NCBI GenBank assembly: GCA_039933515.1
Contig: JBDTNY010000117.1
Location: 1 to 55,477 of the forward strand
Length of the DNA stretch: 55,477 nucleotides
Source: Actinomycetota bacterium
Lineage (GTDB): Bacteria > Actinomycetota > UBA4738 > HRBIN12
Direction of reading: 5' to 3'
Part shown: positions 1 to 6,847 of the stretch, in pieces
Numbering within the stretch: the first letter of the stretch is position 1
Layout of the letters: every line of letters starts with the position of its first letter
Notes under the pieces: model-generated
Databases searched by the model: none
The model's input: only the letters and a program-made list of their open reading frames with translations
Told to the model about the DNA's origin: nothing
Program-made: the position numbers and the translations under genes

Positions 1-48
1 AAGGGCAAGGGCGACATGAACACCTATATCCTCGTCTCCAGGGGATGA
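1..48 (+). CDS. 3' end of a class III adenylate/guanylate cyclase-domain protein (partial, runs off window start)
   Basis: Frame 1 reads KGKGDMNTYILVSRG then TGA (46-48). KGKG-x-M-x-TY-x-L is the typical C-terminal strand of class III cyclase catalytic domains. Only 15 codons are visible. Confidence 0.45.
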   Translation, partial: KGKGDMNTYILVSRG

Positions 49-62
49 GCTGCGCCCAGCGA

Positions 63-254
63 GGGATCGACTCGGAGCGGCCGCCTGACTGTCTCCACCT
101 CCGGCACCACGCGGCAAGAAGCCAGGCTGCTTCAGGAGCATCCCGCAAGCCGAGATGGCGTTACCGAGCCGGGACCCACCTCCACTCGCTACACTTCAAC
201 GCGCTGCTGATGACCTCGGTGGCGATCTCTGCCAGGTTTTCTACCGGCCCGGGC
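63..254 (+). repeat. Direct repeat copy A (~190 bp), homologous to 4591-4780
   Basis: Hand alignment: 164-254 vs 4690-4780 is ungapped with 8 mismatches in 91 nt. 63-163 is homologous (gggatc..agcggccgcctgact..) but carries indels. Similarity ends at gggc (254), the point where copy B meets tRNA-Phe. Confidence 0.85.
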
Positions 255-403
255 AAGTCGGGGCGGTAGAAATCCCCAACCCAGCAGGTCAGCATGTTGC
301 CCGTGACACCGTGGTAACGGATTCGGCCAGTCTGGTAACGGCTTAGCCTCGGAGCGGGCTCCCGACACCGTGCCGCCACGGAACGCCAAAGAGCGCCACA
401 CAT

Positions 404-825
404 CTAGACATCGGCTCCCTTCCTTCCCGCCGTGGCCGCCTCGGCCCACGCGGCGTCCACGGCGATACTTGCGGCCTCGTCGAGCGCCGCCACCAGGTCC
501 CTGAACCCGGCCGTCAACGTGAAGCCGCGTCCGCGAGCAAGGGGGCCGAGGGCTGCCGGTCGCCATCGACCAGAACCATCGACCCGGAGCCGTCCCGGCA
601 TCGACCGTCAGCGCATCTCGAACGGGCGTGCCTTGGTCGTCGATACAAGGGCATCCGACTTGTCCGGATGCACTCGGACAAGCAGGCCGCCCTGCCCGCT
701 CGCGGCGATGGCCATGTTGCCGCCTATCAGGAAGGCCAGCCCGCCGAACATCTTCTTCTCCGTCAGCTTGGGTTCGCGGGCGATCAGCCTCGTACTCGAT
801 CCGGGAGATCTTCGTCGTACGCCAT
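404..825 (-). pseudogene. TfoX N-terminal-domain family gene, apparently disrupted (one frameshift, one in-frame TGA)
   Basis: ATG at 825 opens MAYDEDLPDRVRG then stops at 784-786. Shifting one frame continues LIAREPKLTEKKMFGGLAFLIGGNMAIAASGQGGLLVRVHPDKSDALVSTTKARPFEMR, then TGA at 608-610, then in the same frame RSMPGRLRVDGSG... to stop at 404. MAYDE-L-RVR and KKMFGG-AF---G-M motifs are typical of TfoX_N proteins. Confidence 0.55.
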
Positions 826-828
826 ACC

Positions 829-945
829 TCAGTCCTCGTCGTCGTCCGGCTTCTCGTCTGGCGGTTGAGCCTCCTCCTCACGCTCCTCGACCGTCTCCTC
901 CTCGATCGGGTCCTCCGTGTTCTCGAGTGGGATGGGGCGCCGCAT
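829..945 (-). CDS. Small highly acidic protein (38 aa), hypothetical
   Basis: AAGGAGG lies 5 nt upstream of ATG(945). The ORF reads MRRPIPLENTEDPIEEETVEEREEEAQPPDEKPDDDED. Its stop is 3 nt before the TfoX-like ATG. No recognisable family. Confidence 0.35.
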   Translation of the reverse strand: MRRPIPLENTEDPIEEETVEEREEEAQPPDEKPDDDED

Positions 946-1057
946 GGGGACCTCCTTGATCGGTGGGCCCTCCGAGAGGGCGCTCGTCGCAGCCCGGGCG
1001 CAACTCGGATGCTCGTCGAGGTGACGTGATCCCTCGGAGTCCACCCCGAACCGTGGC

Positions 1058-1063
1058 TATGAT
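1058..1063 (+). promoter_or_regulatory. -10 box TATGAT positioned for a leaderless transcript of the cyclase-STAND gene
   Basis: TATGAT (TANNNT) is followed by 5 nt (gcccc) and ATG at 1069. No Shine-Dalgarno is present. No clear -35. Confidence 0.4.
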
Positions 1064-1068
1064 GCCCC

Positions 1069-4000
1069 ATGGCCTGCCGTCGTTGCGGCTCCGAGGTTCC
1101 CGAGGGCGCGCGGTTCTGCCCAACCTGTGGTGCTGAGCAGGCCGATTCCGTCCCGCAAGAGGAGCGGAAGGTCGTCTCAATCCTGTTCGTGGACATCGTG
1201 GGGTCGACCGCGCACGCCGACGGGGCCGATCCCGAGGACGTCCGCGAGCGGAACCAGGTCTACTACCACGAGATGCGCGAGCGCATCGAGCGCTACGGCG
1301 GCGGCGTGGAAAAGTACATCGGAGACGCCGTCATGGCGGTCTTCGGCGCTCCGCTCGCACGCAGCGACGACGCCGAGCGTTCCGTGCGGGCTGCCCTCAG
1401 CGCGCTCCAGGGCGTCCGCGAGCTGAACGAGCGCCACATCGGGCTCGACCTCGAGATCCGCGCGGCCGTCTGCAGTGGCGAAGCCATGGTCGCGATCAAC
1501 GCCGCTCCCGGGGACGCGCTCGCGACCGGGGACGTCGTGAACACCGCCTCTCGCCTTCAGTCCGCCGCGCCGATCGGCCGGGTGGTCGTCGGCGAGGACA
1601 CCTACCAGCTCACCAAGCACGCGTTCACCTTCGAGAAGCTCGCTCCGGTCGTCGCCAAGGGCAAGCGCGACACCGTCGCCGCCTGGCTCGTGGGGGAGCC
1701 CCTCGTCTCATCCGCCAACCGGCCGACCTCGCGTACGCCGCTCGTGGGGCGGGATCGCGAGGTCTCGATCGTCCGCACGGTGTGGGAGCGCGCGATGAAC
1801 GCGAGCCGGCCCCACCTCGTCACCGCGCTGGGGCCGGCCGGCATCGGGAAGACGCGCCTCGCCCTCGAGGTCGCCGCCGAGATCGAGGCGCAGGGCGGCC
1901 GGGCCCTCTGGGGACGCAGCCTCCCGTACGAGGAGCAGTCACCGTATCGGGCCGCCGGCCAGATACTGCGCTTGGCCGCCGGCATCTACGAGAACGACTC
2001 GGCGGACACGGCACGCGAGAAGCTCGCAATCCTCGTGCGCTCGCTCTGCCCGGACCCCGAGGCTCCCGAGACCACGCGCTACCTCTCCCTGCTACTCGGC
2101 CTCGGGCTCGACGAGCCTGCCAGCGAGGTGGTCCACCTCCAGTTCGCCATGCGGCGGTTCGTCGAGGTCCTCTCGCAGCGCGAGCCGCTGCTGCTGGTGT
2201 TCGAGGACATCCACTGGGCCGACGACGCGATGCTCGACCTGATCGATTACCTCGTCACGCACGTGCACGACCATCGGATCCTGTTCCTCGCGCTCGCGCG
2301 GCCGGAGTTTCTGGAGGCGCGGCCGAACTGGGGCGCCGGGATGGCCGGCACGATGATGCTTCCGCTGGAGCCGCTGACGCGAATCGAGGCCTCGGAGGTG
2401 ATCGGCTCGCTGCTCTCCGCGGCGAACGCGATCACGGTGGAACGCGTCGTCGCCACCGCGGGCGGCAACCCTCTGTTCATCGAGGAGCTCGCGGCCTCGC
2501 TGGCCGACGACCCTGCGTCGCAGGAGCTGCCCGGCACGGTGCGCGCCGCGATCTCGGCGCGGATCGACGCGCTGCCGACGGAGAGCCGAAGCACGCTGCT
2601 GAGCGCCAGCGTGATCGGGCAGACGTTCTGGCGCGGCGTGCTGGCCGACGTCGGCGAGACGCCCGACGTGGACGGCGCCCTCGAGGCGCTGGAGGCACGC
2701 GGCCTTGTGCAGCGCCGGTCGACGAGCCAGGTCGAGGGCGACGTCGAGTTCGGGTTCAAACACGTGCTGATCCGCGACACGGCATACGGGACGCTGCCTC
2801 GCGCGGCGCGGCGCAAGATGCACGCCGCGATCGCCGCCCACCTCGAGCGATCGGTGTCGGACTCGACCGAGATCGGCTGGATCCTGGCGCACCACTGGCG
2901 CGAGGCCGGCGAGCCGGTGAAGGCGATCGTCTACCTGCTGCGGGCCGCGGAGCGCACGGCCGACGCGCTCGCCGTGGAGGAGACGTGGGACCTCTATACG
3001 CGCGCGCTCGACCTCGCGGGCCCCGACGACGAGCGGCGCGCGATCCGGCTGAAGCGCGGTCTCGCGATGGCCAAGCTCGAGAACTTCTCGCGCGCGAAGG
3101 GCGAGCTGGAGGAGCTCGTTGCCGACCTCGACGGCTCGGAGCTGATCGAGGCGTTGATCGCCGAGGGGCACAGCACGCTCTGGACCGAGGACAGCGAGAA
3201 GACGATGGAGATCGCGACACGCGCGGTGGAGCTCGCGGAGAGCGCGAACGACGCGGAGCTCCTGCCGCCCGCGCAGTCGCTGCTGAGCAGTGCCTACGGC
3301 ATGCGGGGCGATGCCGGCGATCTGGAGCGGGCGGACGAGCTGGGCGTGCGGGCGTTCGCGGCGTGGGTGCCGGGCACGCGTCGGGAGTGGCTGGCCGAGC
3401 ACCACCACATGCAGGCGAACCACCGGTATTGGATGGGCCGCTACGATGGGGCTCTCGAGCAATCCCAGCTCGCGAAGGAGTCCGCGGGCGGCGAGCCGCA
3501 CAGCGCGGAGTTCCTGCTTCGGGGCGCGGGCATGCAGGGGCTGGCGTTCGCGGGGCTCGGTCGCTACGAGGAGGCGATCAGCGCGGTGGAGACGGCGATC
3601 TCGATCGCGAGGTCGATCGGCCGTCCGATCGCAGTCGTCACGAACTACTCGACGATGCCGCTGCGAGACATCTTCGCCGCCGAGGAGGCGCACACGCGCA
3701 GCTCGGCGATCGCCGACAGCCTCGGGCCGTCGGACTTCAACATGCCGTGGATCAACGCGCGCGCCGACGTGATCGCCGCGGACATGATGCTCGGCGAGCT
3801 CGGCCGCGTGGAGGCGACGTTCCCCCAGGCGTGGGAGGACGCAGTGAACAGCCTCGCATGGGAGCGCTGGCTCGTGAGCGGGCGCCTCGCGTCGGTCCGC
3901 GCGGAGCTGGCACTCGCGATGAAACAGCCCGAGGACGCGATCACGTGGGCGCGCCGGGCCCAGGAGATGGCGCGCGGCGTCGGCCGGAAGAAGTACGAGG

Positions 4001-4299
4001 TGATTTCGACGATGACCCTCGGCGCGGCGCTGACGTTGTCGGGCCTCGCCGAGGACGCGCGGACCGAGCTGCGGACCGCAGTCGCGCAGGCGGAGGCGCT
4101 GGGTTCGCCGCTCTACCGCTGGCAGACGCTGGCGGCGCTCGCCGAGGCCGTCCGGAAGATCGAGGGCGTCGACGCCGCGGACGCGCTCCTTGCCGAGGCC
4201 GCCGCGATCATCCGAGAGGTCATCGCCGGCCTCTCGCAACAACACGGCGTCGGATACATCGCGGCGCCCCAGGTGGCCGCGGTCCTCGCCGCCGTCTGA
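1069..4299 (+). CDS. Zinc-ribbon / class III adenylate-guanylate cyclase / STAND (AAA) NTPase / TPR-like repeat protein, 1076 aa
   Basis: N-terminal CxxC-x10-CxxC (MACRRCGSEVPEGARFCPTCG). Cyclase motifs FVDIVGST, EKYIGDAVMAVFG and GDVVNTASRL are present. Walker A is GPAGIGKT and Walker B is LLLVFEDIHWAD. About 600 aa of C-terminal helical repeats follow, with no C-terminal LuxR-type HTH. Confidence 0.9.
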   Translation: MACRRCGSEVPEGARFCPTCGAEQADSVPQEERKVVSILFVDIVGSTAHADGADPEDVRERNQVYYHEMRERIERYGGGVEKYIGDAVMAVFGAPLARSDDAERSVRAALSALQGVRELNERHIGLDLEIRAAVCSGEAMVAINAAPGDALATGDVVNTASRLQSAAPIGRVVVGEDTYQLTKHAFTFEKLAPVVAKGKRDTVAAWLVGEPLVSSANRPTSRTPLVGRDREVSIVRTVWERAMNASRPHLVTALGPAGIGKTRLALEVAAEIEAQGGRALWGRSLPYEEQSPYRAAGQILRLAAGIYENDSADTAREKLAILVRSLCPDPEAPETTRYLSLLLGLGLDEPASEVVHLQFAMRRFVEVLSQREPLLLVFEDIHWADDAMLDLIDYLVTHVHDHRILFLALARPEFLEARPNWGAGMAGTMMLPLEPLTRIEASEVIGSLLSAANAITVERVVATAGGNPLFIEELAASLADDPASQELPGTVRAAISARIDALPTESRSTLLSASVIGQTFWRGVLADVGETPDVDGALEALEARGLVQRRSTSQVEGDVEFGFKHVLIRDTAYGTLPRAARRKMHAAIAAHLERSVSDSTEIGWILAHHWREAGEPVKAIVYLLRAAERTADALAVEETWDLYTRALDLAGPDDERRAIRLKRGLAMAKLENFSRAKGELEELVADLDGSELIEALIAEGHSTLWTEDSEKTMEIATRAVELAESANDAELLPPAQSLLSSAYGMRGDAGDLERADELGVRAFAAWVPGTRREWLAEHHHMQANHRYWMGRYDGALEQSQLAKESAGGEPHSAEFLLRGAGMQGLAFAGLGRYEEAISAVETAISIARSIGRPIAVVTNYSTMPLRDIFAAEEAHTRSSAIADSLGPSDFNMPWINARADVIAADMMLGELGRVEATFPQAWEDAVNSLAWERWLVSGRLASVRAELALAMKQPEDAITWARRAQEMARGVGRKKYEVISTMTLGAALTLSGLAEDARTELRTAVAQAEALGSPLYRWQTLAALAEAVRKIEGVDAADALLAEAAAIIREVIAGLSQQHGVGYIAAPQVAAVLAAV

Positions 4300-4613
4300 T
4301 GGGCATCCCCGAGATCCGATACGCGCGCAGCGGCGAGGTGAGCATCGCCTACCAGGTGTTCGGCGAGGGCCGCGCCGACGTCGTCTTCGTCCGCGGGTTC
4401 ACCGGCGACCTGCTCTCGAGCTGGGAGCAGCCGCTGCTGGTCCGCCACATGCTGGGGCTCAACCGCGCCCTCGAGGACACTCTGTTCCTCGGCCGCGCTC
4501 ACAGCCTCGGATGGCGCCGTCTGCGAGTCGAGATGCTCGGCCGGGCGCTGATGGTGAACGCCATGACGATGGCCCGCCACAGAGCCGCCGGGGATCTCGA
4601 AGCGGCCGCCTGA
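4299..4613 (+). pseudogene. Truncated alpha/beta-hydrolase-like ORF (LipJ-type N-terminus only, 104 aa)
   Basis: ATG overlaps the cyclase stop (TGATG). The first ~50 aa (IRYARSGEVSIAYQVFGEGRADVVFVRGFTGDLLSSWEQPLL) look like the N-terminus of alpha/beta hydrolases fused to cyclases. The ORF ends after 104 aa with no GxSxG elbow, and its last ~10 codons lie inside repeat copy B. Confidence 0.5.
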
Positions 4614-4780
4614 CTCGCTCCACCCTCGGCACCACCCCGGCAAGGATCAGGGCTGCCTCAAACACACCCCCGGGGCCAAGATGGCGTTACCGAGGCCAGA
4701 CCCACCTCCACTCGCTACACTTCAACGCGCTGGTGGTGACCTCGGTAGCGATTTCTGCCAGGTTCTCTACCGGCCCGGGC
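4591..4780 (+). repeat. Direct repeat copy B (~190 bp), homologous to 63-254, abutting tRNA-Phe
   Basis: See copy A. The 3' end overlaps the first 3 nt of tRNA-Phe. Confidence 0.85.
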
Positions 4781-4850
4781 CAGGTAGCTCAGTTGGCAGA
4801 GCACGCGGCTGAAAACCGCGGTGTCGGCAGTTCGATTCTGCCCCTGGCCA
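4778..4850 (+). tRNA. tRNA-Phe (anticodon GAA)
   Basis: Cloverleaf folded by hand: acceptor GGCCAGG/CCTGGCC, D arm GCTC-AGTTGGCA-GAGC, anticodon arm CGCGG-CTGAAAA-CCGCG, variable loop GTGTC, T arm GGCAG-TTCGATT-CTGCC, discriminator A. 73 nt; CCA is not fully encoded (ACCG). Confidence 0.95.
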
Positions 4851-4856
4851 CCGGAT

Positions 4857-4898
4857 ACGAACGACGGAGCCGTCCCCGCGCGGGCGGCTCTCGTTCGT
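4857..4898. terminator. Bidirectional hairpin between tRNA-Phe and the convergent 277-aa gene
   Basis: ACGAACGA-c-GGAGCCG ... CGGCTC-TCGTTCGT gives 8+6 bp stems around a 12-nt loop. Confidence 0.5.
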
Positions 4899-4907
4899 GC
4901 GTTGGGG

Positions 4908-5741
4908 CTAGTTCATCGCCTCGCGGCTGCGGATCTCGGCCCAATGGGTCAGGACGCCCTGGTAGATGTCGGCGCTGTGCACGTACTCCTCGCGCTCCAG
5001 CGCCTCGAGGGCCTCATGGATCTCGCGCGCGCTGTGGTCGTCGTCCAGGTCGTCCCAGCGCATGACGTCGCACAAGCTGCCGTAGTCGAGCTCCAGGATC
5101 GACGACCGGTCGAAGGCCGCCATCCACTGGTGCAGGTCAACGATGAGGTCGCTGATCGGCCCCAGCTCCGAGCGCCGCAGGGGCCCGACCGCCTGCTCGG
5201 CGCGCCGCATCGCGCGCCGCGTGCTGGTTCGGTAGCGCATGCGGGTCCGTCCCAGCTCGTCCTCGCCGAGCCAGCGCTCCTCGTCACGGAAGAGCACGAA
5301 CCAGCGGATCGGCACGTGCCAGGGGCTCTGGTGGCAGAACGCCACCGAGTGCGGATCGCGCCGGCGAAGCTTCGCGAGGTCCTTCGCGGCTCGCTTGCCG
5401 TCGGCCTTGGGCACGAAGTGATCCCACAGCTCCATCGGCTCGGCGTCACGGAACGAGAGCATCGCCGCGAGCACCCGCATCCGCACCCGCCAGGGGCTCA
5501 CATACATGCGCCCGTCGATCATGCGCACTTCGGCGTGCTCCCCGTCGGCGGGCGCGAGCACCCCGAGCTTGCCTACGGTGTGGTGATCGGCGTACCGGTG
5601 CCGGCGGGAGCCCGCGCGCGCTCCGTCGACGAGGTAGCGCTCCCAATGGAGCCGCTCGTCGCGCTCAAACGCGTCGAGGGGCTGGAACACGCGGAGATAG
5701 GCGCTCGGGATCACGCTGTCGAGTCTAGCTGGCGCCGCCAT
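4908..5741 (-). CDS. Conserved hypothetical protein (277 aa)
   Basis: Long ORF with protein-like composition (SAYLRVFQPLDAFERDERLHWERYL...). Divergent from the dehydrogenase operon. I do not recognise the family. Confidence 0.7.
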   Translation of the reverse strand: MAAPARLDSVIPSAYLRVFQPLDAFERDERLHWERYLVDGARAGSRRHRYADHHTVGKLGVLAPADGEHAEVRMIDGRMYVSPWRVRMRVLAAMLSFRDAEPMELWDHFVPKADGKRAAKDLAKLRRRDPHSVAFCHQSPWHVPIRWFVLFRDEERWLGEDELGRTRMRYRTSTRRAMRRAEQAVGPLRRSELGPISDLIVDLHQWMAAFDRSSILELDYGSLCDVMRWDDLDDDHSAREIHEALEALEREEYVHSADIYQGVLTHWAEIRSREAMN

Positions 5742-5746
5742 CCCCT

Positions 5747-6847
5747 ATGCTCTCGGCGTTCGCACGAGGGGGTTTGAGGGCCGTGCAGTCACCCGAGCAT
5801 TGGGGCGGGACCGAGCCGTTCCGCATCCTGTCGGCCGACGGCACGCCTGTGGGTGACCCGCAGGTAGGTCTCGGCGCCGACGCCCTCCGCGACGCCCTTC
5901 GCCGCATGATCGTGGCGCGCAGGCTGGACCGCGAGTGCATCGCGCTCCAACGCCAGGGCGAGCTCACCGTCTACCCCGGGTTCGAAGGGCAAGAGGCCGC
6001 CCAGATCGGGAGCGCGATCGCCCTCGGATCCGAGGACTTCGTCTTCCCAACGTTCCGCGAGCTCGCCGTCGCGATGGCCCGGGGGGTCGATGCCGTCCAG
6101 TATCTCCAGTACCACCGGGGCACCTGGCACGGTGGCCCGTACGACCCGCGCGCCACCCGGTTCGGGCCGATCTGCATCCCGATCGCCACGCAGATCGCCC
6201 ACGCCGTGGGCCACGCGCTCGGAACCAAGCTCGACGGCGGGAGCGGCGTCACGGTGGCGTACTTCGGCGACGGCAGCACGAGCGAGGGCGACTTCCATGA
6301 GGCCGCGAACCTCGCGGGTGTCTGGCAGGTGCCCGCGGTGCTCTTCTGTCAGAACAACGGCTTCGCGATCAGCGTGCCCACCGCGCAGCAGACCGCCGGG
6401 GAGATCTGGAGGCGCGCCGAGGGCTACGGGTTCCCCGGCGTGCGCGTCGACGGGAACGACCTGCTGGCGGTCTACGCGGTCACGCGCGACGCCGTAGCGC
6501 GGGCGCGAGCTGGCGAGGGCCCCACACTGATCGAGGCGCTCACGTACCGGATCGGCGCCCACTCGACCGCGGACGACCCGGGCCGCTACCGCGGCGACGA
6601 CGAGGTCGAGGCCGCGCGCTCGTTCGACCCCATCCCCAGGCTCGAGACCTGGCTGCGCGCCGAGGGGCACGTCGACGACGCGTTCGTGACCGCCTGCGCG
6701 GAGGAGGCCGACGCCTTCGCGCTCGCGACCCGGGAAGGCGTGGTCGCCACGCCGGCTCCACCCGCGGAATGGATGTTCGACTGGACGTACGCCGAGCCGC
6801 CGGGCGGCGCGTGGGCACGGCAGCGGGAGGAGGCCCTGGGTGGCTGA
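5747..6847 (+). CDS. bkdA: Branched-chain 2-oxoacid (or pyruvate) dehydrogenase E1 alpha subunit, TPP-dependent
   Basis: YFGDGSTSEGDFHEAANLAGVW and LFCQNNGFAIS TPP-binding motifs. The start is uncertain; an alternative GTG at 5783 is preceded by gaggg. Confidence 0.85.
   Translation: MLSAFARGGLRAVQSPEHWGGTEPFRILSADGTPVGDPQVGLGADALRDALRRMIVARRLDRECIALQRQGELTVYPGFEGQEAAQIGSAIALGSEDFVFPTFRELAVAMARGVDAVQYLQYHRGTWHGGPYDPRATRFGPICIPIATQIAHAVGHALGTKLDGGSGVTVAYFGDGSTSEGDFHEAANLAGVWQVPAVLFCQNNGFAISVPTAQQTAGEIWRRAEGYGFPGVRVDGNDLLAVYAVTRDAVARARAGEGPTLIEALTYRIGAHSTADDPGRYRGDDEVEAARSFDPIPRLETWLRAEGHVDDAFVTACAEEADAFALATREGVVATPAPPAEWMFDWTYAEPPGGAWARQREEALGG

Noticed and set aside
161-403. 80-aa minus-strand ORF as an intact gene (ending ...PGPVENLAEIATEVISSALKCSEWRWVPAR)
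   Set aside because: The N-terminal half (MCGALWRSVAARCREPAPRLSRYQ...) is not protein-like, and I see no SD. The homologous tail in copy B is truncated by the tRNA gene. It is kept only as a possible gene relic in the findings.
189-1196. 335-aa minus-strand ORF, and other long ORFs in the first kilobase (432-959+, 628-1029+, 878-1180-)
   Set aside because: Their composition is extremely Arg/Pro/Gly/Ser-rich with no domain-like stretches. These are typical shadow ORFs of GC-rich DNA. The region is better explained by the TfoX-like pseudogene, the acidic mini-ORF and promoter sequence.
1782-4613. 943-aa plus-strand and 717-aa minus-strand (2092-4245) ORFs overlapping the cyclase-STAND gene
   Set aside because: Both are Arg/Gly/Pro/Asp low-complexity translations of alternative frames of a gene whose primary frame shows clear cyclase, Walker A/B and helical-repeat motifs. 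Only the last 104 codons of the 1782 frame (4299-4613) look protein-like, and these are reported separately.
1-4850. Classical tRNA-integrated genomic island or prophage
   Set aside because: I recognised no integrase, excisionase, transposase or phage gene. The repeat is on the 5' flank of the tRNA rather than duplicating its 3' end. It is therefore reported only as a repeat-flanked segment of uncertain origin.
4190-5065. 291-aa plus-strand ORF spanning the tRNA-Phe locus
   Set aside because: It reads straight through a well-folded tRNA and a terminator hairpin, with Arg/Pro-rich composition. It is a frame artefact.
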